A stretch of 64,000 bases of DNA from Alphaproteobacteria bacterium. GTDB lineage: Bacteria; Pseudomonadota; Alphaproteobacteria; CALKHQ01. The notes beneath the pieces are model-generated. The model saw only the letters and a program-made list of their open reading frames with translations, was not told the DNA's origin and made no database searches. The position numbers were made by a program, and so were the translations under genes. The stretch is taken from assembly GCA_965227515.1 (NCBI GenBank), contig CBDDFZ010000002.1:1344001-1408000 (forward strand). Direction: 5' to 3'. Below, one piece after another: positions 42,976 to 52,517 of the stretch; the stretch's first letter is position 1, and each line of letters starts with the position of its first letter.

Positions 42976-44016
42976 ATGTATCACGGTGACATTTCCAGCA
43001 GTAACGACACGGTCGGCGTGGCCGTCGTCAACTACAAGATGCCGCGCATGCACACCAAGGACGAGGTGCTGGCCAATGCGCGCAACATCGCCTCGATGAT
43101 GGAAGGCATGAAGATCGGCCTGCCCGGCATGGATCTGTGCATATTCCCGGAATATTCGACCCACGGCATCATGTACGACGAGAAGGAGATGTACGAGACC
43201 GCCTCGTCGGTGCCGGGCGAGGAGACCGAGATTTTCGCGGCCGCCTGCCGGAAGACCAAGTGCTGGGGCGTGTTCTCGCTGACAGGCGAGCGCCATGAGG
43301 AGCACCCGAACAAGGCGCCGTACAACACCCTGATCCTGATGAACGACCAGGGCGAGATCGTGCAGAAGTACCGCAAGATCATGCCGTGGGTGCCGATCGA
43401 GGGCTGGTATCCGGGCAACTGCACCTACGTGACCGAGGGTCCGAAGGGCATGAAGGTCAGCCTGATCATCTGCGATGACGGCAACTATCCGGAAATCTGG
43501 CGCGACTGCGCGATGAAGGGCGCCGAACTGATCGTGCGCTGCCAGGGCTACATGTACCCGGCGAAGGACCAGCAGGTGGTGATGGCCAAGGCGATGGCGT
43601 GGGCCAACAACACCTATGTGGCGGTCGCCAACGCGTCGGGCTTCGACGGCGTCTACTCGTACTTCGGCCACTCCGCCATCGTCGGCTTCGACGGCCGCAC
43701 GCTGGGCGAGTGCGCGGAGGAGGAGAACGGCATCCAGTACGCGCAGCTTTCCGTCAGCGCCATCCGTGACGCGCGGGCCAACATGCAGTCGCAGAACCAC
43801 CTGTTCAAGCTGCTGCACCGTGGCTACACCGGCATGATCAATTCCGGCGACGGCGACCGTGGCCTGGCCGAGTGCCCCTACGATTTCTACAAGAACTGGA
43901 TCACCGATCCGGAGGGCACCCGCGAGGCGGTCGAGGCAATCACCCGCAAGACCGTGGGCACCGAGGAATGCCCGATGGACGGCATTCCGAACCAGAAAAC
44001 GGCGACCCACCGCTAG
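42976..44016 (+). CDS. amiE: Aliphatic amidase (nitrilase superfamily)
   Basis: [24 protein letters not shown]; Glu-Lys-Cys triad FPEYS / YRKI / ICDD; RBS GAGGAG. Confidence 0.95.
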   Translation: MYHGDISSSNDTVGVAVVNYKMPRMHTKDEVLANARNIASMMEGMKIGLPGMDLCIFPEYSTHGIMYDEKEMYETASSVPGEETEIFAAACRKTKCWGVFSLTGERHEEHPNKAPYNTLILMNDQGEIVQKYRKIMPWVPIEGWYPGNCTYVTEGPKGMKVSLIICDDGNYPEIWRDCAMKGAELIVRCQGYMYPAKDQQVVMAKAMAWANNTYVAVANASGFDGVYSYFGHSAIVGFDGRTLGECAEEENGIQYAQLSVSAIRDARANMQSQNHLFKLLHRGYTGMINSGDGDRGLAECPYDFYKNWITDPEGTREAVEAITRKTVGTEECPMDGIPNQKTATHR

Positions 44017-44087
44017 GGCGAGTTGGATCGCCGAAGGTCTTCGGCGGGTTGTTTCATCGACTCGCCGAAGTTTCTCTTCTAGCTCAA

Positions 44088-44196
44088 CGTCATGGCCGGG
44101 CTTGACCCGGCCATCCACGTAGATGCAGCGAGACGGTGGCCGCGCCGAAGTATGGCAACTGCCGCGTGGATGCGCGGATCAAGTCCGCGCATGACG
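44088..44196. repeat. CGTC-tagged REP doublet, copy 3 (between amiE and the cbbQ-like gene)
   Basis: cgtcATGGCCGGG-CTTGA-CCCGGCCATccacg ... right arm identical to that of copy 2. Confidence 0.9.
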
Positions 44197-44264
44197 AAGG
44201 AAATCGAAGGGCAAGGTAGCGTCGGCGTGTGCGGCTGACGCGCTATTCTGGCCACGGAAACTGT

Positions 44265-45062
44265 ATGTCGATCGAGCAATATCTGATCGCCGAGGAGCCC
44301 TACTACCGGCCCATCGGCAACGAAGTGGCGCTGTTCGAGGCCGCCTACAGGCAGCGCATGCCGATGATGCTGAAGGGCCCCACCGGCTGCGGCAAGACCC
44401 GGTTCATCGAGCACATGGCCTGGCGGCTGAAGAAGCCGCTGATCACCGTCTCCTGCCACGAGGACATGACGGCATCTGACCTGGTCGGCCGCTTTCTGCT
44501 GGAGGCCGACGGCACGGTGTGGCGCGACGGTCCGCTGACCACGGCGGTGCGCGAGGGCGCGATCTGCTATCTCGACGAGATCGTGGAGGCGCGGCAGGAC
44601 ACCACGGTGGTGATCCACTCGCTGACCGACGAGCGCCGCGTGCTGCCGCTGGAAAAGAAGAACGAGCTGGTGCGCGCGCACCCCGACTTCCAGCTCGTCA
44701 TCTCTTACAACCCCGGCTACCAGAGCGTGCTGAAGGACCTGAAGGAGTCGACCAAGCAGCGCTTCGGCGCCATCGAATTCGGCTATCCCGACGCCGCCAT
44801 CGAGGCCGAGATCGTCGCCCACGAGGCCGAGGTCGACAAGGACCTGTCGCAGCGCCTGATCACCATTGCCGAGCGGTCGCGCAACCTGAAGGGCCACGGC
44901 CTGGAAGAGGGGGCATCGACCCGCATGCTGGTCCACGCCGCGCAACTGACGGCGGAGGGCGTGCCCCTGGGCGAGGCCTGCCAGGTGGCCCTGGTGCTGC
45001 CGATCACCGACGACGAGGACATGCGCGACGCGTTGTCCTCCGCCATCTCGGCATGCACCTAA
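44265..45062 (+). CDS. CbbQ/NirQ/NorQ-family MoxR AAA+ ATPase
   Basis: [55 protein letters not shown]. Confidence 0.95.
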   Translation: MSIEQYLIAEEPYYRPIGNEVALFEAAYRQRMPMMLKGPTGCGKTRFIEHMAWRLKKPLITVSCHEDMTASDLVGRFLLEADGTVWRDGPLTTAVREGAICYLDEIVEARQDTTVVIHSLTDERRVLPLEKKNELVRAHPDFQLVISYNPGYQSVLKDLKESTKQRFGAIEFGYPDAAIEAEIVAHEAEVDKDLSQRLITIAERSRNLKGHGLEEGASTRMLVHAAQLTAEGVPLGEACQVALVLPITDDEDMRDALSSAISACT

Positions 45063-45088
45063 ACCGTCGCCCCAGCAGGTGCTGAACG

Positions 45089-47362
45089 ATGGCGGACGCG
45101 CACCCGGCATTCCTGCGCGTCGTGGGCGCTGAAGACGCCGCACCTACGCCGGACCCGCAGCTCGCGCAGGCTTTTCCCGGAGACGCCACCGCCCGTTGGT
45201 TGCGCGCGGTGCGCAAGCTCGACGGCGCCGGCTACGGCAAGGCGGTCGTCGCCGCCTATGAACGGCAATCGCCAAAGATCGCGCTCGTCATCGGGCCGGA
45301 TGGCGCCATCGAGCTGGCCGATACCGTGTCCGCGGTGGCGATCAAGGCAGGCGTCGCGGCGGCGGCGATGCTGCCCGCGGCCGCCCTGACCGTCGCCGAG
45401 CGGCTGGACGACCTCGCGCGCTACCGCTCCTGGCTCAGCCTGATGCAGCGTTTCACGGCGCTGGCGCCTGAGTCCGTCGGCGTGGTGCTGGAGCGGATGG
45501 ACCAGTTGATCCGCGCGCTCAACGTCTCTCGGCTGGAGGCGTGGCTGCTGGCCGGCATCCGCGCCGCCGGCAGCGACCGCCAGCGCCGACTAAGCTTCTT
45601 CTCCATGGAGGACCCGGAGGCCGAGCGCTGGTTGCAGCGCGAAACCGGCGACGTGCTGTTCAGCGACGTCGAGCGCCGGATGAAGGCGTTCCTGACCGCC
45701 ATGTGGCAGGTGCGGGTGCCGATCCGCGAGCCCAGCCTGAGCGCGCCGGCGCCGATGCGCCGCCGGCCCGGCTTCGGGCCTGGCATCATCCGCATGCCGG
45801 CGACGTTCCCGGGCTTCCGTGGCCGCAAGGCAGAGGACCTTTTCCGTGCCGCGCTGGCCCACATCGGCGCGCACTATCACTATTCGACCACCAAATTCCC
45901 CATCGGCCAGCTGAAGCCGATGCAGGTCGCCCTTGTCTCGCTGATCGAGGACGCGCGGGTCGAGCACCTGGCGATGCGCGCCTTTCCCGGCCTGAAGCGG
46001 CTGTGGTTCCCGTTCCACATCGCCCAGTCCAGCGGGTCGACCACGGCACCCAGCCTGATGGCGCGGCTGTCGCGCGCGCTGATCGACGCCGACTTCGAGG
46101 ACGTCGATGCCTGGGTCAACAAGGGCCGGCACATGTTCTACGCGGTCGAGGAGCATTGGCACGATCCGGCCATCAGCCGGCACATCGGCAACTTGCTCGG
46201 TAACGATTTGGGCCAGCTCCGCATCCAGTTCAACGCCAAGGTCTACGTGCCCGAGCCGCCCTACCGCGACGACAACATGGGGCTGTGGGATTTCGGCGAC
46301 GATGCCGCCCACATCGAGGAGACCGAGATCGTGCTCGACAGCGTCCGCCTGCTGGAGCAGGAGGAGGACGACCCCGACCCGCCCGACCGCGACCGGGACG
46401 AGGGGACCGAGGAAGAGACGCCCAATGTCGCCAACGTGTCGCCGGAGGACGCGGTAGAGGATGGCATCCCGGTCGCGCGCTATCCGGAGTACGACTACGC
46501 CACCGGGCGCGAGCGCGCCGAGTGGACCACACTGGTGGAATACCGTCCGACGCCGGGTCCGCTCGACAGGGCGCAGGAGATCCTGGACCGGCACCATGGC
46601 CTCGTCACCCGCATCTCCAACCTCATCCGGTCGGCCCGGGTCAGCCGGCCGATGCGCCTGAAGCGCCAGCCGGAGGGCGATCAGCTCGACATCGACGCCT
46701 GCATTGCCGCCGCGGTCAGTCGGCGCGCCGGCGACACGCCCGACCCGCGCGTCTATCAGACCACCGAGCGGCGCAATCGCGACCTCTCGGTGCTGCTGCT
46801 GCTCGATGTCTCCGAATCGACCCGCGACCGGCTGCGCGACGGCTTCGCCAGCGTGCTGCAGGTAGAGCGCGAGGCGACCCTGATGCTGGCCCACGCCATG
46901 GACGGTCTCGGCGATCCGTTCGCCATCGCTGCCTTCTCGTCGAACGGTCGCGAGGACGTGCGTTACCAGCGCATCAAGGATTTCGGCCAGCCCTACGACG
47001 CGATGGCGCAGCGCCATCTGTCGGGTTTGGAGAGCGGGCTGTCGACCCGGCTGGGGGCTGCCATGCGCCATGCCGGCGCCGACCTGGAGCGCCAGCTCAC
47101 CCATCGCCGCCTGCTGCTGGTGGTGACCGACGGCGAGCCGTCCGACATCGACGTCGACGACCGGCAGTATCTGGTGGAGGACGCGCGCCGCGCCGTCATC
47201 AACCTCGCCGACAAGGGCATCGACACCTTCTGCGTCGGGCTCGACAGCGGCGGCGACAGCTACCTCAGCCGCATCTTCGGCCGCCGCAACGCGATCCAGA
47301 TCGACCGGCTGGAACGGTTGCCGGAGAAACTGCCGATGCTCTACTTCCGCCTGACAGCCTGA
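45089..47362 (+). CDS. CbbO/NorD-family VWA-domain adaptor
   Basis: IEDARVE, PPYRDDN, acidic linker, YPEYDY, MIDAS DVSES, STRLGAAMRHA, TDGEPSDID. Confidence 0.9.
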   Translation: MADAHPAFLRVVGAEDAAPTPDPQLAQAFPGDATARWLRAVRKLDGAGYGKAVVAAYERQSPKIALVIGPDGAIELADTVSAVAIKAGVAAAAMLPAAALTVAERLDDLARYRSWLSLMQRFTALAPESVGVVLERMDQLIRALNVSRLEAWLLAGIRAAGSDRQRRLSFFSMEDPEAERWLQRETGDVLFSDVERRMKAFLTAMWQVRVPIREPSLSAPAPMRRRPGFGPGIIRMPATFPGFRGRKAEDLFRAALAHIGAHYHYSTTKFPIGQLKPMQVALVSLIEDARVEHLAMRAFPGLKRLWFPFHIAQSSGSTTAPSLMARLSRALIDADFEDVDAWVNKGRHMFYAVEEHWHDPAISRHIGNLLGNDLGQLRIQFNAKVYVPEPPYRDDNMGLWDFGDDAAHIEETEIVLDSVRLLEQEEDDPDPPDRDRDEGTEEETPNVANVSPEDAVEDGIPVARYPEYDYATGRERAEWTTLVEYRPTPGPLDRAQEILDRHHGLVTRISNLIRSARVSRPMRLKRQPEGDQLDIDACIAAAVSRRAGDTPDPRVYQTTERRNRDLSVLLLLDVSESTRDRLRDGFASVLQVEREATLMLAHAMDGLGDPFAIAAFSSNGREDVRYQRIKDFGQPYDAMAQRHLSGLESGLSTRLGAAMRHAGADLERQLTHRRLLLVVTDGEPSDIDVDDRQYLVEDARRAVINLADKGIDTFCVGLDSGGDSYLSRIFGRRNAIQIDRLERLPEKLPMLYFRLTA

Positions 47363-47407
47363 ACTGAGAACCAGCGCAAGACGCGCGCCAAAGAGGGGGA
47401 CCCCACG

Positions 47408-48931
47408 ATGACCTTGCGCCGCCCATCCATCGACGACCTGATCACCATCGGCGAACGCGCCCACATCAACCTCAACGACGACGAGTTGGAGGTGCTGCCC
47501 GCCATCGTCGACGCCGTGCTTGAGGGCTACGACGCGCTGGACCAGTACCCCGACCCGGTGCGCAAGGTGACGCCAGCGGTGCGCGTGCCCGGCCCCCGGC
47601 CAACGCCGGAGGAAGACCCGCTGAACGGCATCGTGCGGACCTGCAGCGTGCAGGCGGTGCCGGAGGTGAACAACGGCCCGCTGTCGGGCAAGTCCATCGG
47701 GGTCAAGGACACCATTGCCGTCGCCGGCATCCCGATGACCTGCGCGTCGCGGCTGCTCTACGACTACACGCCGGATATCGACGCCACCATCGTGGAGCGG
47801 ATGCTGAAGGCCGGTGCCCACATCACCGCCGTGCTGAACACCTGTGACTTCGCGTTCTCCGGCGGCGGCCACACCTCCACCTACGGGCCGGGGTGCAATC
47901 CGGCCGCGCCTGACCATGCCGCCGGCGGCTCGTCCTGCGGTTCGGCGATCGCGCCGGCGGAGGGCGTCGTCGATATCGCGCTCGGCGGCGACCAGGGCGG
48001 CTCGATCCGCATTCCGGCGTCGTGGTCAGGTGTTGTCGGCCACAAGCCGACCCATGGCCTGGTGCCCTATACCGGCATCGTCGGCTTCGACCAGACCATC
48101 GACCACATCGGCCCGATGGCGATGACGGTGGAGGACTGCGCCCTCTTGATGGGCGTGATCGCCGGCAAGGACGAGAGCGCCATCGACCCGCGCCAGCCCG
48201 ACACTATCGACGTGCCGGACTATGTCGGCGGGCTGACCGGCGACATAAGCGGCCTGAAGATCGCAGTGGTTCAGGAAGGCTTCGGCGGGCCGGAGGCGAT
48301 GGCCCAGGTCGACGAGGCGGTGCGCGCGGCAGCGTCTAAGCTCGGCGGGATGGGCGCCACCGTGGAAGAGGTCTCGGTGCCGCAGCACATGATGGGCGTG
48401 CCGTTGTGGAACTGCATCGCCATCGAGGGCGGGGTCGACAGCTTCTATCACGGCCACACCAACTACGGCACCAAGGGCTGGTACAACCCGCGCCTGATCT
48501 CGGCGATGTCGCGGGCGATCAAGACCAATGGCGGCGACTTCTCGCCCACGGCCAAGCTGGGCGTGCTGGTCTACCACTACATGAAGGACCAGTATCACGG
48601 CGTGTTCTACGGCCGGGCGCAGAACCTCGCCCGCCAGCTCACCAAGGCCTATGACGAAGTGTTCGCCGACTTCGACCTGGTGCTGATGCCGACAACGCCG
48701 CAGACGGCGCACAAGATGCCGGCGATGCCGGAGGAGGACCGCGCCGAGCATATCGGCCAGGCGCTCAACATGGTGCGCAACACCTGCGTGTTCGACATGA
48801 CCGGCCACCCGTCGATCTCGGTACCGGTGAAGGGCGCGGGCGACCTGCCGATCGGCCTGATGCTGACCGGCCGCCAGTTCGACGACGCGACCGTGCTGCG
48901 CGCCGCCCACGCCTACGAGCAGGGGGCTTAG
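47408..48931 (+). CDS. Amidase-signature family amidase
   Basis: VKD catalytic Lys, GGSSCGS, GGDQGGSIRIPA, GHKPTHGLVPY. Confidence 0.93.
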   Translation: MTLRRPSIDDLITIGERAHINLNDDELEVLPAIVDAVLEGYDALDQYPDPVRKVTPAVRVPGPRPTPEEDPLNGIVRTCSVQAVPEVNNGPLSGKSIGVKDTIAVAGIPMTCASRLLYDYTPDIDATIVERMLKAGAHITAVLNTCDFAFSGGGHTSTYGPGCNPAAPDHAAGGSSCGSAIAPAEGVVDIALGGDQGGSIRIPASWSGVVGHKPTHGLVPYTGIVGFDQTIDHIGPMAMTVEDCALLMGVIAGKDESAIDPRQPDTIDVPDYVGGLTGDISGLKIAVVQEGFGGPEAMAQVDEAVRAAASKLGGMGATVEEVSVPQHMMGVPLWNCIAIEGGVDSFYHGHTNYGTKGWYNPRLISAMSRAIKTNGGDFSPTAKLGVLVYHYMKDQYHGVFYGRAQNLARQLTKAYDEVFADFDLVLMPTTPQTAHKMPAMPEEDRAEHIGQALNMVRNTCVFDMTGHPSISVPVKGAGDLPIGLMLTGRQFDDATVLRAAHAYEQGA

Positions 48932-48945
48932 AGGCAGAGCCCAAC

Positions 48946-49151
48946 CCCTCACCCTCCCGCATACCTCCGGTTCGCGGGTCCCTCCCTCTCCCAGAGGGAG
49001 AGGGGTTAATGAGTAGCGCCGGCCACTACCCCTCTCCCTCTGGGAGAGGGGCCATTTCACCCTCTCCCTCAGGGAGAGGGAGGGACCCAAACCTGTCCTT
49101 GGGCCGGCCTTGAGCCGGTCCCGAGGGCCGGCAGGTTTGGGAGGGTGAGGG
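48946..49151. repeat. Composite CCCTCTCCC/GGGAGAGGG palindromic element between convergent genes
   Basis: Three CCCTCTCCC-N3-GGGAGAGGG hairpins enclosed by ccctcaccctccc ... gggagggtgaggg. Confidence 0.88.
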
Positions 49152-49160
49152 TGTACCGAG

Positions 49161-49967
49161 TCAGCCCACATTCGCTGCGGTGAGGTCGACCATGTTCGTG
49201 TTGCGGCCGGAGACGTCGCGGCCGTGGACCAGGAAGATCGGGCGCGCGCCGAAGTCGGGTGCCGAGGTACCCTTGGCGCCCTCCACCGTCGGCAGGTCGC
49301 GCTCGAACACCGACGTCGCCGGCATGTAGCGCAGCGCAACCCCGGCCCGCCTGCGGCCGGAGGTGTTCGGGTTCGACCCGTGGATCAGGTTGACGTCGTG
49401 CATCGACATCTGGCCCGGCGCCAGCACCACGTCGGCTGCCTCGCCGGGGTCGAACGTGCCCTCGTCCAGGGCCTGGTTGAGGGCGAGGCCCGCGTCGTCG
49501 TCGGGATGGTGCGCGCGTAGCCCGCCATGATGCGAGCCGGGGATGACGCGCATGCAGGCGTTGTCGGGCCCGCACTGGTCCAGCGCCACCCACACCGTGC
49601 ACGTGGCCAGCGGGCGGATCGGCCAGTAGCGGCCGTCCTGGTGCCAGGGCACTTCCAGCCCGGTGCCCGCCGGCTTGCAGAACAGCGCGCAGCCCCACAG
49701 AATCAGGTCGGAGCCGATCAGGTCGGCAACCCGCTCGACGATGTCGGCGTTGGTGGCGAGGTCGAGGAACGCCTGGTCGCCGCGCACGCCCTCCGGGCTG
49801 TCGGCCATGTGGACGTTCATCAGGTTCTCGGGCCGCTTGCCCGGATTGGCGGCCAGAACGCGCTCCAAGGCGTCGCGCAACCGCTCGACGGTCGCTGCCG
49901 GCAGCGTCAGGTCCGGCCGGATCCAGCCCGCCTGTTCGTATTCCGCGATTTCCTGTGTGCTCAGCAT
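49161..49967 (-). CDS. Phytanoyl-CoA dioxygenase (PhyH) family Fe(II)/2OG oxygenase
   Basis: FCKP, WHQD, WVALD, VIPGSH, IHGS.PN.S..RR. Confidence 0.9.
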   Translation of the reverse strand: MLSTQEIAEYEQAGWIRPDLTLPAATVERLRDALERVLAANPGKRPENLMNVHMADSPEGVRGDQAFLDLATNADIVERVADLIGSDLILWGCALFCKPAGTGLEVPWHQDGRYWPIRPLATCTVWVALDQCGPDNACMRVIPGSHHGGLRAHHPDDDAGLALNQALDEGTFDPGEAADVVLAPGQMSMHDVNLIHGSNPNTSGRRRAGVALRYMPATSVFERDLPTVEGAKGTSAPDFGARPIFLVHGRDVSGRNTNMVDLTAANVG

Positions 49968-49990
49968 TGCCCCGTCCGAAGCTGATCCCG

Positions 49991-52105
49991 CTATCCCGAC
50001 AACAGATACCGCACCGCGGCGTCGCGTTCGAACAGATAGAGCAGCACCCGCAGCGCCTGGCCGCGCGGGCCGGTCAGCTCCGGGTCGCGCTCCATCACCA
50101 GCCGTGAGTCGTCGTGTGCGACCGCCAGCAGGTCGCGGTGCTCGTCCAGGTCGGCGACGCGGAACTGCGGCAGGCCGCTCTGGCGGGTGCCCAGCACCTC
50201 GCCGCTGCCCCTGATCCTGAGGTCTTCCTCGGCGATGCGGAAACCGTCGTCGGTCTCGCGCAGGATGCGCAGCCGTGCGCGCGCCGACTCCCCGATGCCG
50301 GCCGAGTAGAGCAGCAGGCAGGTGCCGCCGGCGAGCCCGCGCCCGACCCGGCCGCGCAACTGGTGGAGCTGGGCAAGCCCGAAGCGCTCGGCCTGCTCCA
50401 CCACCATCACCGTCGCCTCGGGCACGTTGACCCCGACCTCGATCACCGTGGTCGCGACCAGCAGGTCGACCGGGGTGTCGGCGGCCGTCAGCAGGTCGTT
50501 GTCGCGGCCGGAAAACCGCGCCATCACCCGGTCCTTGTCCGGGCCGGCCATCCGCCCGTGCACCAGCGCCACCTTGTCGCCGAAGCGTTTCTTCAGGCTG
50601 TCGTAGCGGTCGGTGGCGGCGACCAGGTCGATCTCCTCGGACTCCTCGACCGCCGGGCAGACCCAATAGACCTTGGCGCCCTTGTCCATGGCGCGCGCGA
50701 CCCCGCCGATCACGTCCTCCAGCCGGTCGAGCGGCATAGCGCGGGTGTCGACCGGAATGCGCCCCGGCGGCTTCTCGTCCAGGATCGACTGGTCCAGGTC
50801 GCCATAGGCCGCCATCGCCAGGGTGCGCGGGATCGGGGTCGCGGTCATCACCAGCACGTCGGCGTGGCGCCCCTTCTGCGACAGCAGCATGCGCTGGTGG
50901 ACGCCGAAGCGGTGCTGCTCGTCCACCACCACCAGGCCCAGGTCGGCGAAGTCGACGCCCTCCTGGAACAGTGCGTGGGTGCCGATGGCGATGCCGATGC
51001 GCCCGGCGGCGAGGTCGGCCAGGGCGGCGTCGCGCGCCTTGCCCCGGTCGCGCCCGGTCAGCAGCAGCAGCGGCACCCCCAGCGCCTCCGCCCACGGCGT
51101 CAGCGTTTCCAGGTGCTGGCGGGCGAGCAGTTCGGTCGGCGCCATCAGGGCCGCCTGCGCGCCCGACTCAAGAGCGTTCAGCATCGCGCACATGGCGACC
51201 ACGGTCTTGCCGCTGCCGACATCGCCCTGCAGCAGCCGCAGCATGCGGCGCGGTGCGGCCATGTCGTTGTCGATCTCGCCGAGCACGCGGAGCTGGGCGC
51301 CGGTCAGCGGGAAGGGCAGGGCGCCGAGCAGTTTCTCGCGCATCGGCCCTCCCACCTTGTAGACGCGGCCGGCGCGGCTGCGCTCCCGCGCCCGGATGAT
51401 GGAGAGCGCGAGCTGGCTCGCCAGCAGCTCGTCATATGCCAGCCGGGTGCGCGCCGGGCCGGTGGGCGACAGGTCCTCGGTATCCTGGGGGCGGTGGACG
51501 GTGGCCAGCGCGTCGCGCCAACCCGGCCAGCCGCGCTGGCGCATCAGGCCGGTGTCGTTCCACTCCGGCAGTTCCGGCGCGCGGCGCACCGCCTCGCCGA
51601 CCGCCTTGGCCAAGGTCTTCGGCGACAGCCCCTCGGTCATCGGATAGACCGGCTCCAGCACCGCCAGCTCGTCCATCTCGTCGGGGCGGGCGATGAAGTC
51701 AGGGTGTGCCATCTGCAAGCGGTCGTTGAACGCCTCCACCTTGCCGGAGACGACACGCTGCTCGCCCACCGGCAGCACCCGCTCCAGATAGTCGCCACGG
51801 GCGCGGAAGAACACCAGGCTCAGGAAGCCGGTGTCGTCCTGGCCGACGACGACATAGGGGCGGCGCCGGTTCGGCGGCGGGCGGTGCTCCACCACCGTCA
51901 GTTCTATGGTGGCCACCGCGCCGATCACCGCATGGGCGATCTTCGGGCGCTTGCGCCGGTCGATGGCGCCGGTCGGCATGTGCCACAGCGCGTCGATCAC
52001 CCGTGTGATGCCCAGCTTTTCCAGCAGCTTGGCGACACGCGGGCCGACCCCCTCCACCCTTTCGATGGGGGCGAACAACGGTTGCAGGACATCGGGTCGC
52101 GTCAT
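49991..52105 (-). CDS. recG: ATP-dependent DNA helicase RecG
   Basis: QGDVGSGKT, DEQHRFG, TATPIPRT, QLHQLRGRVGRG, GTRQSG. Confidence 0.97.
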   Translation of the reverse strand: MTRPDVLQPLFAPIERVEGVGPRVAKLLEKLGITRVIDALWHMPTGAIDRRKRPKIAHAVIGAVATIELTVVEHRPPPNRRRPYVVVGQDDTGFLSLVFFRARGDYLERVLPVGEQRVVSGKVEAFNDRLQMAHPDFIARPDEMDELAVLEPVYPMTEGLSPKTLAKAVGEAVRRAPELPEWNDTGLMRQRGWPGWRDALATVHRPQDTEDLSPTGPARTRLAYDELLASQLALSIIRARERSRAGRVYKVGGPMREKLLGALPFPLTGAQLRVLGEIDNDMAAPRRMLRLLQGDVGSGKTVVAMCAMLNALESGAQAALMAPTELLARQHLETLTPWAEALGVPLLLLTGRDRGKARDAALADLAAGRIGIAIGTHALFQEGVDFADLGLVVVDEQHRFGVHQRMLLSQKGRHADVLVMTATPIPRTLAMAAYGDLDQSILDEKPPGRIPVDTRAMPLDRLEDVIGGVARAMDKGAKVYWVCPAVEESEEIDLVAATDRYDSLKKRFGDKVALVHGRMAGPDKDRVMARFSGRDNDLLTAADTPVDLLVATTVIEVGVNVPEATVMVVEQAERFGLAQLHQLRGRVGRGLAGGTCLLLYSAGIGESARARLRILRETDDGFRIAEEDLRIRGSGEVLGTRQSGLPQFRVADLDEHRDLLAVAHDDSRLVMERDPELTGPRGQALRVLLYLFERDAAVRYLLSG

Positions 52106-52228
52106 CGGCGGGCGGATTCGGTTGGACAGGCGGGCGGGCACGCGATATCGCATGCGCCCACGCACTTCCCATAACCAAATCCGAATGGCGCGGCAGGTCA
52201 ACGCCGCTTGCCGCAAGAGTCTTCGCCC

Positions 52229-52507
52229 ATGCCGGACCCGACCGACCTGGAATATCGGCGCAAGCGCCTGATCTACCGCAGCCACCACACTGGCACCCAC
52301 GAGACCGACCTGTTGCTGGGCCGGTTCGCCGATGCCCATGTGCCTGGCATGACCGCGCGCGACCTGGACGACTACGAGGCGCTGATCGACAACGCCGACC
52401 CGGACCTGTGGAACTGGATCAGCGGCCGGGTGGCGGTGCCGGCGGCCTACGACACCCCGGTGTTCCGCAGCCTGTGCGCCATGTCCTTCACGCCGAACGA
52501 CTATTGA
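52229..52507 (+). CDS. sdhE: Succinate dehydrogenase assembly factor 2
   Basis: RRKRLIYRS..TG..ETDLLLGRFA...DPDLWNWI; conserved recG-sdhE-mfd synteny. Confidence 0.85.
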   Translation: MPDPTDLEYRRKRLIYRSHHTGTHETDLLLGRFADAHVPGMTARDLDDYEALIDNADPDLWNWISGRVAVPAAYDTPVFRSLCAMSFTPNDY

Positions 52508-52517
52508 ACGACCTTCG

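Noticed and set aside
49161-49967. PhyH dioxygenase as part of the amide locus
   Set aside because: It is on the opposite strand, 23 bp downstream of recG, and separated from the amidase by a repeat element; more likely part of the recG transcript
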